Below, piece by piece: positions 9,727 through 20,343 of a stretch of DNA of 64,000 nt. This DNA comes from an uncultured Candidatus Saccharibacteria bacterium (lineage in GTDB: Bacteria; Patescibacteriota; Minisyncoccia; UBA6257; JAUSGH01), in assembly GCA_964360025.1 (NCBI GenBank), contig CAYHUD010000001.1, forward strand, positions 3,922-67,921, in the 5' to 3' direction. The notes under the pieces were generated by a model, which saw only the letters and a list, made by a program, of their open reading frames with translations, was not told where the DNA came from and did not search any database. The translations under genes were made by a program, and so were the position numbers. The first letter of the stretch is position 1; every line of letters starts with the position of its first letter.

Positions 9727-10199
9727 AAAGAATGTCCGTGATCGTTTTCGTTTCGCTGATTGCGATTACCCTCACTTACGTTTGGACGGGAAGTGTCGCC
9801 GCGCAGAACAAGCCGGTGGACGATCACCACAAGGCGAAGATTTTCAACTTCACGAATGTGAACGGCAGCGGCCGCGACAAGGCCGAGGCGGAAGTGAATG
9901 CGTGGCTTGCCGACAAGAACAACAAGGCGGCGGAGCCGATGGTGCTCTTCTGTTACAACGCACCGGCAGGAACCCTGCTTGTCACCGTCATCTGGAAGAA
10001 CGACGCGGTGACAAAGCCGTATCAGGTCAGGTTTTTTCCCATCACGGCCACAAACAGAGACAGCAAGAAAGAAAAGAACAAGAAGAAGAAGTCCCTGGAG
10101 GAAGAACTGAACGAGTTTTTCGCCGGAGTGACCCTGAAGCGGGTCTGGCAGGAGACCTCCGACGGAGTTGGAATGATCTTCGTCGTTTATCAGAAGTAA
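9723..10199 (+). CDS. Hypothetical secreted protein with internal two-domain repeat
   Basis: Signal peptide; KAKIF..E.EVN.W..LLVTVIW is repeated as QVRFF..EEELNEF..MIFVVY. Confidence 0.7.
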   Translation: MKRMSVIVFVSLIAITLTYVWTGSVAAQNKPVDDHHKAKIFNFTNVNGSGRDKAEAEVNAWLADKNNKAAEPMVLFCYNAPAGTLLVTVIWKNDAVTKPYQVRFFPITATNRDSKKEKNKKKKSLEEELNEFFAGVTLKRVWQETSDGVGMIFVVYQK

Positions 10200-10996
10200 T
10201 CTCGTAACCCCATAGCTACAGCGTCAGGTGACGCACGCAGCTGTGGGGTGTTTTTTTATTGAAAGTAGTTGGTAGTCCATAATTCATAATTCTTGATTCA
10301 TTATTCACTCCCTACCTCCCCCGCTCTCCCCTCCTGCTTGCCGCATTGCCTTATCCGGCAAGATATGGGGCTATAGTTGCCGATTGAAGAGTAGGGAAGC
10401 GGCAATCGGCAAATGTGGCAATTGCCGTGTAAAACAATGTGTTTTACATTTGTTTTACACTAATTTTAGAGCTTTTTAGAAGCCAATCGGTAGATAAAAC
10501 CTACATTATTTGAGTGTTTCGGGGTGTTTTACATAGTGTTTTCCATGGCCTACAAGCTCGGAAGCCGATCGTGCGATGAAACCTACATTATTTGCATTTT
10601 CGTGTTTTGGAGTGTTTGACGTTTTCCTTTTTTTACACACAATGGAAAACGTTAAACATCTTTTACCGGAAAAAAACTTTTTAAATTGCCGATTGAGGCA
10701 CATCAAGACGGCAATTCAATCGGCAAATGCGGCAATTTATGCGACTAATTGCCGCATCATACGGCAAAAAATGGTTGTAGTGTTTGACGTTAAACAAACA
10801 GTTAAAGTATGGCGAGATTGCCACGGGCCGACAACTGTCGGCCCTCGTAATGACAGATCGAGGAAAACGTCAAACATCGTTTTACACAGGAATTGGACAT
10901 GGATCATGAAACACGCATCATGGATCATGTGAGAACATGCGTCCCGTACTCCGTGTTATGTGTTATGTTAAACACACACGATGTTTCACGTTTTCC

Positions 10997-11365
10997 ATGA
11001 CTAACCAAATTACGGGCAAAATAGGCGAAGATCTGGCGACCGACTATCTAACATCTCGCGGATATAAGCTAATTGAAAAAAACTACCGCCAGAAGTGGGG
11101 TGAGATTGACATAATAGTCAAATCATTGTCTGGTATTCTGGTCTTCGTTGAGGTTAAAACTCTTAACGGTATCCCCGACTCCGGCCTAACTCCCGAGGAT
11201 AACATCACCGCCTTTAAAATGCGGCAACTAAAAAAATGCGCTGAGTTTTACGCTGCAAAACATCCCGAGCTGATTAACGAAAAATCGGGGTGGCGAATTG
11301 ATGTTCTTGCTATAAATATTACCGAGGACTCGCCCGCCGATATCCGCCACTATGAAAATATCTAG
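10997..11365 (+). CDS. yraN: YraN family (UPF0102) endonuclease-fold protein
   Basis: G.IGEDLA..YL..RGY....NYR..WGEIDII....LVFVEVK...RIDV. Confidence 0.93.
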   Translation: MTNQITGKIGEDLATDYLTSRGYKLIEKNYRQKWGEIDIIVKSLSGILVFVEVKTLNGIPDSGLTPEDNITAFKMRQLKKCAEFYAAKHPELINEKSGWRIDVLAINITEDSPADIRHYENI

Positions 11366-11385
11366 CCCCGCACTTTTACAATCTT

Positions 11386-11431
11386 TGGATACGCCACTTC
11401 CAAAGTAAAACTTTGGAAGTGGCGTATCCAC
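11386..11431. repeat. Long hairpin downstream of yraN
   Basis: TGGATACGCCACTTCCAAAGT-AAA-ACTTTGGAAGTGGCGTATCCA, ~21-bp perfect arms. Confidence 0.85.
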
Positions 11432-11551
11432 GTTTGCATATTTGGATGCGGCGAATTGACTTTCTGTAGGATGTTGCTATACTCATAATATGGATTAAAG
11501 GTCGCTCGCGAAGCGGCCTTTATTCTTGAATTACAAAATACAAAAAATAAT

Positions 11552-12751
11552 ATGATTGATTTAAAAAGTTTATCAAAAGCGGTGTCTCAGGTTGCAGAAG
11601 AAAAAGGTATTGATGCCAATCAGGTTTTGGACGCGATTGAGTCGTCTATCGCCGCGGCCTATAAAAAGGAGTATGAAAAGCGCGGTGAAATTATTAAATC
11701 CAAATTCAGTCTCAAAACCGGAGACATGAAGTTCTGGCAGGTGAAAGTCGTCGTGGACGAAACGACGGTTGATATGACCAAGCCCGAGGAAAACACGGAA
11801 GAAATAAATTCACAAAATGAGAGATCTGCCCCCGCCGAATTTACGACTGAAGGCGAAGACAAACTGCCGCGCTATAACTCCGACCGCCATATATTAATAG
11901 AAGAGGCGAAAAAAATTAAGGAAGATGTGAAGCTCGGAGAGGAAATGGAGTTCCCTCTGGAACCGCGGGAGGATTTCGGACGCATCGCCGCACAGACGGC
12001 AAAGCAGGTTATCTTACAGAAACTTCGCGAAGCGGAAAGAGAATCAATTCTTAAAGAATTCCACAATCGCGAAGGTGAAATCGTAAGCGGACTTGTGCAG
12101 AGAATTGAGCGCAATAATATCTATATTGATCTGGGACGCACCGTCGGCGTAATGTTTTTCAACGAATCAATTCCCAACGAACACTACCGTATCGGCGAAC
12201 GCCTGCGCTTCTTAATACTCGCCGTGCAAAATGACGCGAGACTGCCGGGAATTATTTTATCCCGCGCGCATCCGAAATTTATCAACAAATTATTCTCCAT
12301 TGAGGTGCCGGAAATTGCCGATGGCAGCGTGGAGATGAAGGCTATCGCCCGCGAACCCGGAAGCCGCACCAAAATCGCCGTCCACTCTAACGTCTCCGGT
12401 ATTGATCCCGTGGGATCCTGCGTGGGACAACGCGGCACGCGCGTGATGGCGCTTTCCAATGAGCTTGGACAGGAAAAACTGGATATCATTGAGTGGTCCG
12501 ATGACGCCGCGAAATTCATCGGCAATTCCCTCTCGCCCGCCAAGGTTTCCAAAGTGGAAGCCCTGCCGCACAACGAAGCCCGGGTTTATGTCCCCGAAGA
12601 TCAGCTAAGTCTCGCTATCGGACGTGGCGGACAAAATGTCCGTCTCGCGGCCAAACTCACCGGCTGGAAAATAGACGTGCGTTCCGAAACACGCCCCACG
12701 GAAGAACAAAACGGCGGGGTGGCGGACGCGGTTTCCGGCGCTAAAGAATAA
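11552..12751 (+). CDS. nusA: Transcription termination/antitermination factor NusA
   Basis: FGRIAAQTAKQV, AREPGSRTKIAV, LSLAIGRGGQNVRLAAKLTGWKID. Confidence 0.98.
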   Translation: MIDLKSLSKAVSQVAEEKGIDANQVLDAIESSIAAAYKKEYEKRGEIIKSKFSLKTGDMKFWQVKVVVDETTVDMTKPEENTEEINSQNERSAPAEFTTEGEDKLPRYNSDRHILIEEAKKIKEDVKLGEEMEFPLEPREDFGRIAAQTAKQVILQKLREAERESILKEFHNREGEIVSGLVQRIERNNIYIDLGRTVGVMFFNESIPNEHYRIGERLRFLILAVQNDARLPGIILSRAHPKFINKLFSIEVPEIADGSVEMKAIAREPGSRTKIAVHSNVSGIDPVGSCVGQRGTRVMALSNELGQEKLDIIEWSDDAAKFIGNSLSPAKVSKVEALPHNEARVYVPEDQLSLAIGRGGQNVRLAAKLTGWKIDVRSETRPTEEQNGGVADAVSGAKE

Positions 12752-12787
12752 AGTCGGATATTAAAAAATAAAAATTAAAAAAAATAA

Positions 12788-14755
12788 ATGTCATATTATT
12801 TCATATTCGTTCCCGTAGGCGTTGCACTTCTCTGGAGCGCGTACATCATGCTTTGGTTAATGAAGCAGAATAAAGGCAATGAAAAAATGCAGGAAATTTC
12901 CCGCGCCATTCAGGAGGGTTCCAGCGCGTATCTTAACAGGCAATATAAAGCCGTCTCCGTAGTCGCATTCATACTTCTGATAGTTTTATACTTCGCTCTC
13001 GGCGCCACGGCGGCTGTCGGATTTCTTATCGGGGCGGTCGCATCAGCTGTCGCCGGATATATCGGCATGAACATCGCGGTCCGCGCCAACGCGCGCACGG
13101 CGCAAGCGGCATCAGGAGGAATGATGAGCGCGCTCTCCCTGGCTTTTAAAGCAGGGTCTGTCACGGGATATCTCGTTGTGGCTCTGGGACTACTGGCTGT
13201 CGCCGGATTTTACTTCGCAACGGGAGATGCCAAGGCGCTTGTCGGACTTAGCTTTGGAGCCAGCTTGATTTCCATTTTTGCCCGACTGGGTGGAGGAATT
13301 TTTACAAAAGCGGCGGATGTCGGAACCGACCTCGTGGGAAAAGTTGAGGCGGGCATACCCGAAGACGATCCGCGTAATCCGGGCGTAATCGCCGACAATG
13401 TGGGTGACAATGTGGGTGACTGCGCAGGAATGGCCGCCGATCTTTTTGAAACATACGCCGTCACGCTTTCCGCCGCGATGCTCCTAGGATCGCTCACTCT
13501 TGGTGAAAACGCCGTTGTTTTCCCGCTAGTCCTGGGAGGCGCCGCGATCATTGCTTCCATCGTCGGAGGAATGTTTGTGCGGCTCGGCAAATCTACGATC
13601 ATGGGCGCCCTCTATAAAGGACTTGTGGCATCCATCGTCCTTTCCGCCGGAATGTTTTACTGGTTATCTAAGATTTATTTTGCCGACACCTATCTCCCGA
13701 TATTTTTGGCATCAGCCATTGGCCTCGCTGTCACGGCGCTGATGGTTGTCGTAACCGACTACTATACGGCAAAGAAATTCCGTCCGGTTAAGTCCATCGC
13801 CGAGGCCTCTCGCTCAGGACACGGCACTAATATCATCATGGGGCTTTCTGTGGGAATGGAGTCCACCGTTTTGCCGATTGCGATCATAGTCGCGGGCATC
13901 GGCGGAGCATATGCTCTCGCCGGACTCTACGGCATAGCTATCGCCGCGACCGCCATGCTTTCCGTCGCTGGGATAGTCGTTGCTATTGATTCCTTCGGGC
14001 CTATCACAGACAACGCCGGCGGTATCGCCGAGATGACGGGCGCTCCGGAAGAAATCAGAAACATAACCGACGCGTTGGACGCTGTCGGCAATACGACCAA
14101 AGCCGTGACCAAGGGCTATGCCATCGCTTCCGCGGGACTTGCCGCGCTCGTGCTTTTTGCCGGATACACGGAGGAACTGCTTGCTCTCGGAAAGGCAACC
14201 GTATTTGAACTGCAAGACCCGACGGTTGTCATCGGGCTTTTACTCGGAGCCGCCGTCCCCTATCTTTTCGCTTCCATTGCAATGAAAGCTGTGGGTGAAA
14301 CCGCGGGCGCGGTCGTAGAAGAAGTGCGCCGCCAGTTCCGTGAAATAAAAGGTATTATGGACGGCACGGCCAAACCGGAATACGGCAAAGCGGTGGATAT
14401 TGTTACCAAAGCCGCCCTCCGCAAAATGATCGTCCCCGCTATTATCCCGATTGCAAGCGTGCTTTTTGTGGGCCTGGTTCTAGGGAGCACGGCGCTCGGA
14501 GGATTTCTAATGGGCACTATTATTTCCGGGCTGTTTGTCGCGATCTCTATGACTTCCGGCGGAGCCGCCTGGGACAACGCCAAGAAATATATTGAAAGTG
14601 GTAACTTCGGAGGCAAAGGTTCCGACGCGCATAAAGCGGCGGTAACCGGAGACACGGTCGGCGATCCCTACAAAGACACCGCCGGACCAGCCGTGAATCC
14701 CCTGATCAAAGTCATAAATATTGTAGCTCTGCTTATCGTTCCATTTCTTAAATAG
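12788..14755 (+). CDS. hppA: Membrane-bound H+-translocating pyrophosphatase (K+-independent type)
   Basis: [37 protein letters not shown]. Confidence 0.97.
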   Translation: MSYYFIFVPVGVALLWSAYIMLWLMKQNKGNEKMQEISRAIQEGSSAYLNRQYKAVSVVAFILLIVLYFALGATAAVGFLIGAVASAVAGYIGMNIAVRANARTAQAASGGMMSALSLAFKAGSVTGYLVVALGLLAVAGFYFATGDAKALVGLSFGASLISIFARLGGGIFTKAADVGTDLVGKVEAGIPEDDPRNPGVIADNVGDNVGDCAGMAADLFETYAVTLSAAMLLGSLTLGENAVVFPLVLGGAAIIASIVGGMFVRLGKSTIMGALYKGLVASIVLSAGMFYWLSKIYFADTYLPIFLASAIGLAVTALMVVVTDYYTAKKFRPVKSIAEASRSGHGTNIIMGLSVGMESTVLPIAIIVAGIGGAYALAGLYGIAIAATAMLSVAGIVVAIDSFGPITDNAGGIAEMTGAPEEIRNITDALDAVGNTTKAVTKGYAIASAGLAALVLFAGYTEELLALGKATVFELQDPTVVIGLLLGAAVPYLFASIAMKAVGETAGAVVEEVRRQFREIKGIMDGTAKPEYGKAVDIVTKAALRKMIVPAIIPIASVLFVGLVLGSTALGGFLMGTIISGLFVAISMTSGGAAWDNAKKYIESGNFGGKGSDAHKAAVTGDTVGDPYKDTAGPAVNPLIKVINIVALLIVPFLK

Positions 14756-14842
14756 GAAGCGCGCGCAATACCACAAAACCCCGCTCTGGCAAAGAACGGG
14801 GTTTTGTGGTTAAGATAACTTAGGATAAAAGCACTTTGAAAA

Positions 14843-15436
14843 ATGCGGAGGCGATCCATGAAAGTACGGCGCTTTATGACAGCGATTGACGGAACGTGCC
14901 CCGCGACGAACTGCAAGAAATTCGCCATTTTTTTGAAGCGACTAGCTAAGGTGAAGTTTCTGGGAAGCGACTTTGACGGAGTGATGACCGACGGCTTTGC
15001 CTATATAAGCGAAGACGGCAAGCAATCAGTAAGATGCAGCGAAAAAGACGCGATGGGAATACACATTATGAAACTGATTGGCATCGTTCCTTTCGTTATT
15101 TCCGGTAAACAGAACAAAATCGTCGCCGCAAGATGCAAGACTATCGGCATTGACTGCGTTTACGGTGCCATCGGAAGTCCCCGATGCAAAGAGGAAGCAC
15201 TACTTAAAAAGCTCGCTGAACTGGGCCTCTCTCCGGATCAAGCTTTGTTCATCGGAGATGATATCAACGACAAAGGGATTTTGGATAAAGTCGGAGTGGC
15301 TTTCGCCGTTCGCGACGCTCATCCCGAAATCCTCAAAATCGTGGACTACGTCACGGCGGCCAAAGGCGGCGAACATGCCGTGCGCGAGGTCTGCGATTTG
15401 ATACTCGGCGCCCTCGGACTCCAACCCGAAGTATAG
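14843..15436 (+). CDS. KdsC/YrbI-family HAD phosphatase
   Basis: DFDGVMTDG, ISG, K, FIGDDIND, GGEHAVREVCD. Confidence 0.88.
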   Translation: MRRRSMKVRRFMTAIDGTCPATNCKKFAIFLKRLAKVKFLGSDFDGVMTDGFAYISEDGKQSVRCSEKDAMGIHIMKLIGIVPFVISGKQNKIVAARCKTIGIDCVYGAIGSPRCKEEALLKKLAELGLSPDQALFIGDDINDKGILDKVGVAFAVRDAHPEILKIVDYVTAAKGGEHAVREVCDLILGALGLQPEV

Positions 15437-15446
15437 GGAGGAAGAA

Positions 15447-16208
15447 ATGAGAAACCTCCTCGGAATAGCCATGGCGATAACGACGATTTTCATCGGCTGC
15501 GCCTCGCCTCCTCCAACCGTTACACAAAAGCCCGTTGTCGCGGCAAAAAACGAACCGCCCCAAAATACCAAACCGGTAAAACCTCCCACGAATCCCCCAC
15601 CCGCAAAACCCAAAATACAGGATAATAAAAACAGTCGAGCGAAGATACCTCCCGACTTTCCGATACCGATATATAATGCCACGGAAAATGACTGGGAAAT
15701 CATCCGTGACACATTTGCCGACCAGGCACCCGAGCTCATTCGCTCAATCAAAAACATCACCATTTACGCGGACAATTCCACGCATCACTTTGAGGGGTCG
15801 CACGCGGCGCACACCGAACCCAACGGAAACGTTTGTTTTCTCCGGAAGTTCATGACGCCGAGCATTATCCGCCACGAAGCCGTCCACTCTCTGGAAAATA
15901 AACTTTCAAGCGAAGATATCCGGAAATGGATAAATATTACCGGCGAAGACGAATATATCCAACTTGCAAAACTGCCGGATAACGCCTTTCCGCTCTTGGG
16001 CATCATCATCAAACGCGGGGCGGATAATTATTCAGAAGATATGGGAGAGTGGGTGGAAGCGATCGTGCGCTGCAGCCAGGGCCTCACGCATCCGTTTCTC
16101 AAAATACAGAAAGCCGATCCCCGCTACCGCGAAAAACTCCGATTTTTCCGTGATCATAAAGCCATAAATAACAAGGAGTACGAAAAAATACTTTCTTACT
16201 TCCATTAG
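15447..16208 (+). CDS. Lipoprotein zinc metallopeptidase (HEXXH, lethal-factor-like)
   Basis: Lipobox FIGC, Pro/Lys linker, HEAVH, EDMGE. Confidence 0.75.
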   Translation: MRNLLGIAMAITTIFIGCASPPPTVTQKPVVAAKNEPPQNTKPVKPPTNPPPAKPKIQDNKNSRAKIPPDFPIPIYNATENDWEIIRDTFADQAPELIRSIKNITIYADNSTHHFEGSHAAHTEPNGNVCFLRKFMTPSIIRHEAVHSLENKLSSEDIRKWINITGEDEYIQLAKLPDNAFPLLGIIIKRGADNYSEDMGEWVEAIVRCSQGLTHPFLKIQKADPRYREKLRFFRDHKAINNKEYEKILSYFH

Positions 16209-16288
16209 CCCTCGAGGGTCTCGGGGGTGTTTTTTTTAATCATTGATATATATTAAACAATAGCTCTTATCAAACGGAGGATGGGCAG

Positions 16289-16951
16289 ATGGAAAAACTG
16301 GGCGCGTCAAACAAACTCCTCATCCTGATTTTCATCCTGGGTTGCGGCGTCAATCACGAGAATCCGCAATCCAAATCCAAATTTCTTTACAGAGAACCGG
16401 CAAATAATGTCAAAATATCCGGCGCAATAAAAAAATACAGCGAGTATTTCATACGCGAAACGTTGGGAGCAATGACGAAGGAAACACAGGAAGCAGTGGG
16501 ACAAATAATTGTCTGTCCAAGTCGCGACGACTGTAAGGATTTTACAGAAAAAGAAGTCGGACACTGCCACTATCCGGAAATCAAGATATGCATTCTAGAA
16601 AGAAAGTTGTCCCGAGGCGCAGTGTGGCATGAAGCGGAGCATGCCGCCTATCATAAGCTGGGCGAAGAAACTTGGGCGGAGTGGAAAAAAATTGCCGGCG
16701 ATGTCTACGGCAAGGTCTCAAAAAAATACCCCAGAGAAGGCGTGCTGGACGACTATGCAGCCAAAGATCATTTTGAAGACGTGGCGATGTGGGTGGAATA
16801 TTGCTATTCATATTGCGATGGCCTCTGGACGCCATTTCCAAAAATCAAAGACAAAGACGATCCCCGCTACATTCAAAAACTAAGCTTCCTCCTGCAAAAG
16901 AAAAAGATCTCCCGGGAAATTTACGATAAGATCTTGCCGCTCCTAAAGTAG
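16289..16951 (+). CDS. Lipoprotein zinc metallopeptidase, paralog of 15447-16208
   Basis: Lipobox ILGC, HEAEH, YA.KD..EDVA, DPRY..KL.F...K.I....Y.KIL. Confidence 0.75.
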   Translation: MEKLGASNKLLILIFILGCGVNHENPQSKSKFLYREPANNVKISGAIKKYSEYFIRETLGAMTKETQEAVGQIIVCPSRDDCKDFTEKEVGHCHYPEIKICILERKLSRGAVWHEAEHAAYHKLGEETWAEWKKIAGDVYGKVSKKYPREGVLDDYAAKDHFEDVAMWVEYCYSYCDGLWTPFPKIKDKDDPRYIQKLSFLLQKKKISREIYDKILPLLK

Positions 16952-17034
16952 GGGCGGTTTTTCTTGACTACACCCTAACAACCTGTTAAATTAGGCCTAG
17001 TATCCGGTTCTTTGTTATAAAAGAAGGGGGTGAA

Positions 17035-18276
17035 ATGACCGAGGCAGGAACCCTCGACGTATTTACCGATTGGTATCTGAAACAGTTTCCGCCGCAACAA
17101 GAACTTGCAGAGCGGCGCGTTGCCATAAAAAAAGAATATCCGATTGTTGATGCCCAAACGTTCCGCGCCGCGGATGTACGCCTGATTTTCCCCCACTTGA
17201 CGCAAGCGGACTGGACGCCCATCTTAGACGAAAAAGGCAAAATTAAGTCCCTGACAAAAGACGGGGTTGAAATCACAACCGGCATCGGCTGGTGCACACT
17301 CCGGATCAGTATCCCATTTTCCACCCATCTCTTCATCGCGGCTAGGATGATAGAGGAAGTAGAAAATGAAGTCGCCGACCTATGTTGGGAAAAAAAGATG
17401 CGGGTTCTGGGATACGGTATTCAACCGCTCAGCTATCCGGACAGATATTTCTCCGTGCCGGAATATGGCACATCTCTATTCCAGAACAGGAGACTGCACC
17501 CCCATGTAGATCCGCTAACTATCGCCGCGAGGGATGTGGTGCTCGTAGAAATGAACCGCGAAGAGATCTCACAAGCGATAAACATTTTGAACGCACTAAG
17601 CGGGCCGATTATCTGGCTCTTCGCCAATTCCCCGGTGTGGAGGGGCGAAATGGACCCCCTCTCCAGAATGGCAGTGCGAGCGGACGCGGGAACCGCTATG
17701 ACCGAGAGTATGTTCGGCGGAACTCCGCCTATTATCTTTGGGAATAACAAGGACTTGATTTCGTACTTAACAAGCCATTTCTCCGAACGAAAACTGCTCC
17801 GGAGATTGCAATCCAAAGAACATGATTGGCGGGAAGACTGGACGGATTACGAAGAACACATATGGCTTGATGCCCGTCCGAGAACGAAATACAAAGCGCT
17901 GGAAATCATCGTGCCCTGCTCGCAAAAAACAGGGGAAAACAGACACCTTATGGCGCTCATCCTCGGTCTCATGGAAAATCTGAACGGAGCCAGTAAGCTT
18001 TTGGATGATTTCCTCATGAGAAACAGAGTGAATCTTCGCAGATTCGCAATTTGCAATCCTCCTTCGGACGCCATGAGTGGTCTGATAGAAAAAATGCTAA
18101 GCGTCTCCCGTGAAGGACTGAAAAAAAGGGGGTATGAGGAAGAAATATTCCTCACCCATCTTCGGACACGGCTTAGAGAATGCAAAAATCCGGCAACAGA
18201 AGCATTGAAGATTTTCAAGCAGAGAAACGGCATGCCCCGACTCATTGACTCCGTTGATGTGCGAAACGTGCCCTAA
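17035..18276 (+). CDS. Glutamate-cysteine ligase (GCS2/GshA)-like protein, possibly degenerate
   Basis: LGYGIQP, LFANSP..RG...R, W.DARPR..Y..LEI motifs. Confidence 0.7.
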   Translation: MTEAGTLDVFTDWYLKQFPPQQELAERRVAIKKEYPIVDAQTFRAADVRLIFPHLTQADWTPILDEKGKIKSLTKDGVEITTGIGWCTLRISIPFSTHLFIAARMIEEVENEVADLCWEKKMRVLGYGIQPLSYPDRYFSVPEYGTSLFQNRRLHPHVDPLTIAARDVVLVEMNREEISQAINILNALSGPIIWLFANSPVWRGEMDPLSRMAVRADAGTAMTESMFGGTPPIIFGNNKDLISYLTSHFSERKLLRRLQSKEHDWREDWTDYEEHIWLDARPRTKYKALEIIVPCSQKTGENRHLMALILGLMENLNGASKLLDDFLMRNRVNLRRFAICNPPSDAMSGLIEKMLSVSREGLKKRGYEEEIFLTHLRTRLRECKNPATEALKIFKQRNGMPRLIDSVDVRNVP

Positions 18277-18360
18277 CATTGGGGGACCAAATAACGGTTC
18301 CCCTCTTTTTTTATTAAAATTCTTGATTAAACATGGTATTTTTGTTATAATAAGCACACT

Positions 18361-19572
18361 ATGAAATCAACATTTAAAAAACTTAAAGGATCTAAAATCG
18401 CGCTGGAAGTGACCGTGGAACCGCAGGATTTTCAAAAATACTGGGACTCGGCCTACGAAAGGGCGGTTTCCAATGTCTCTATCAAAGGATTTCGTCCGGG
18501 CGCTGCTCCCAAGGAACTCGCCGACAATGCCATCAACAAAGCTCTGGTTATGGAAAATGCTGTAAACGACGCCGTGCGTTTCACTCTTAATAAAATTACC
18601 GATGAAAACTCCTGGACCATGATTGACAAGCCTAAAGTTGAAGTCGTCTCCGAAAACAGTCCGCTGGAAAAAAGCGGCTTCAAATACACCGCCGAGCTCG
18701 TGCTATATCCGGAAATAACTCTCCCCGATTATAAAAAGATTGCGGCGAAGATCCGCGAGGAGAAACATGAGGTTGCCGTCACTGCGGAAGAAATCAGCCA
18801 GTCTTTGGAATGGCTCCGCAAATCGCGCGCGCCCCTCGTACTCGTAGCTCGTCCCGCTCGGAAAGGCGATGTGGTGGAAGTTGATTTTGAAGCCGATGGC
18901 AAACCGGCAACGGATAAATTTGAGCTGGGTGAGGGGAAATTCATCCCGGGCTTTGAAGAAAATATAGAAAACAAAAAGGGCGGCGATGAATTTTCTTTTA
19001 CCATCAAAGCGCCAAATGATTATTGGAAAGAAGAAATGCGCGGCAAAGATATTGCCTTCAAAGTGAAGCTGAAAAGCGTCTTTGAGATGAACGCCCCTGA
19101 AGCAAATGACGAATTCGCGAAGACGCTCGGCAAATTTGAAAACTTGGAAGATCTGAAGAAGAATATCAACGAGGGGCTAAAAGCCGAGAAAGAAAATAAA
19201 GAAGCGGACCGCATCAAAGTGAAAATACTGGAGGGAATCTGCGAGGGAACCAAAGCGGATTTGCCCGAAATCTTTATAGAAAAAACGCTGGACGGACTGG
19301 TAGAGGAACTGCGGAAAACGATTGAAGGCGCGGGCAAGAAGGCCGAGGATGCGCGAGGAGACCTGCGGAAAGCTGCGGAGCGGAGAGTGCTCGCCAATAT
19401 CGTCATCCATGAGATAGCAAAGCAGGAACATCTGGAGCCGTCCAAAGAAGAAGTGGAAGAGGAGTCCAAATTTCACGCCGGAGAGACCAAAGGACTTGAC
19501 GTTTCCAGATTTTATGATTACATTTACGGTATCTTAATCAATAAAAAAGTCTTTGAATTATTGCAGAAATAA
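18361..19572 (+). CDS. tig: Trigger factor
   Basis: GFRPG ribosome-binding motif, FKBP domain FIPGFE, NDEFAK. Confidence 0.96.
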   Translation: MKSTFKKLKGSKIALEVTVEPQDFQKYWDSAYERAVSNVSIKGFRPGAAPKELADNAINKALVMENAVNDAVRFTLNKITDENSWTMIDKPKVEVVSENSPLEKSGFKYTAELVLYPEITLPDYKKIAAKIREEKHEVAVTAEEISQSLEWLRKSRAPLVLVARPARKGDVVEVDFEADGKPATDKFELGEGKFIPGFEENIENKKGGDEFSFTIKAPNDYWKEEMRGKDIAFKVKLKSVFEMNAPEANDEFAKTLGKFENLEDLKKNINEGLKAEKENKEADRIKVKILEGICEGTKADLPEIFIEKTLDGLVEELRKTIEGAGKKAEDARGDLRKAAERRVLANIVIHEIAKQEHLEPSKEEVEEESKFHAGETKGLDVSRFYDYIYGILINKKVFELLQK

Positions 19573-19573
19573 C

Positions 19574-20182
19574 ATGAAAAATAAATCCGTAACAAACGAA
19601 TATCTGATTCCCACAGTCATAGAGAAATCAATGCACGGCGAACGGGCGTATGACATCTACTCTCGCCTGCTCAAAGAACGCATCGTATTTTTAAGCGGAC
19701 AAATCAACGACGGCCTGGCGAATACCGTCATCGCCCAGCTTTTGTTTTTAGAGCACGAAGACCCGAAAAAAGATATTCAGCTCTATATCAATAGCCCTGG
19801 CGGTTCAGTTTCCGCCGGTCTCGCCATTTATGACACGATCCAATACATCAAACCCGATGTTTCCACGATCTGCGTCGGCATGGCTGCCTCTATGGGCGCG
19901 GTACTACTCGGCGCCGGGAAAAAAGGCAAAAGATTTGCCCTCCCGAATGCCGAAATAATGCTCCATCAGGTGATGGGCGGAGCGGAAGGACAAGCGGTGG
20001 ACGTGGAAATTTCCGCAAAACACATCATTAAGATAAAAGAGAAATTAAATCAGATTCTTGCCAAGCATACCGGCCAACCGATTTCTAAAATTGATAAAGA
20101 CACCGATCGCGACTACTATATGTCGGCCGGCGAGGCGAAAGAATACGGACTGATTGATGAAATGGTGAAAAATAAGAGGTAG
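19574..20182 (+). CDS. clpP: ClpP protease proteolytic subunit
   Basis: [30 protein letters not shown]. Confidence 0.98.
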   Translation: MKNKSVTNEYLIPTVIEKSMHGERAYDIYSRLLKERIVFLSGQINDGLANTVIAQLLFLEHEDPKKDIQLYINSPGGSVSAGLAIYDTIQYIKPDVSTICVGMAASMGAVLLGAGKKGKRFALPNAEIMLHQVMGGAEGQAVDVEISAKHIIKIKEKLNQILAKHTGQPISKIDKDTDRDYYMSAGEAKEYGLIDEMVKNKR

Positions 20183-20246
20183 GATTGCTTCGGAAGAGCT
20201 CGTCCCCCTGCGGGGGATCTCCCAAAGGGAGACAATGACAAAAACC

Positions 20247-20275
20247 TTGACAATGTTGGGGTTTTTTGTTATAAT
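20247..20275 (+). promoter_or_regulatory. Sigma70 consensus promoter
   Basis: TTGACA-17-TATAAT. Confidence 0.75.
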
Positions 20276-20343
20276 GTACATTGTGTGTTCGTTGAGATTC
20301 GGCGCTTAAAAAGCGCCAAAACCCCAAGATAGGAGGTCCATCT

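Noticed and set aside
10576-10996. ORF 10576-10932 and upstream extension of yraN
   Set aside because: Made of repeat and palindrome sequence with no SD or recognisable motif.
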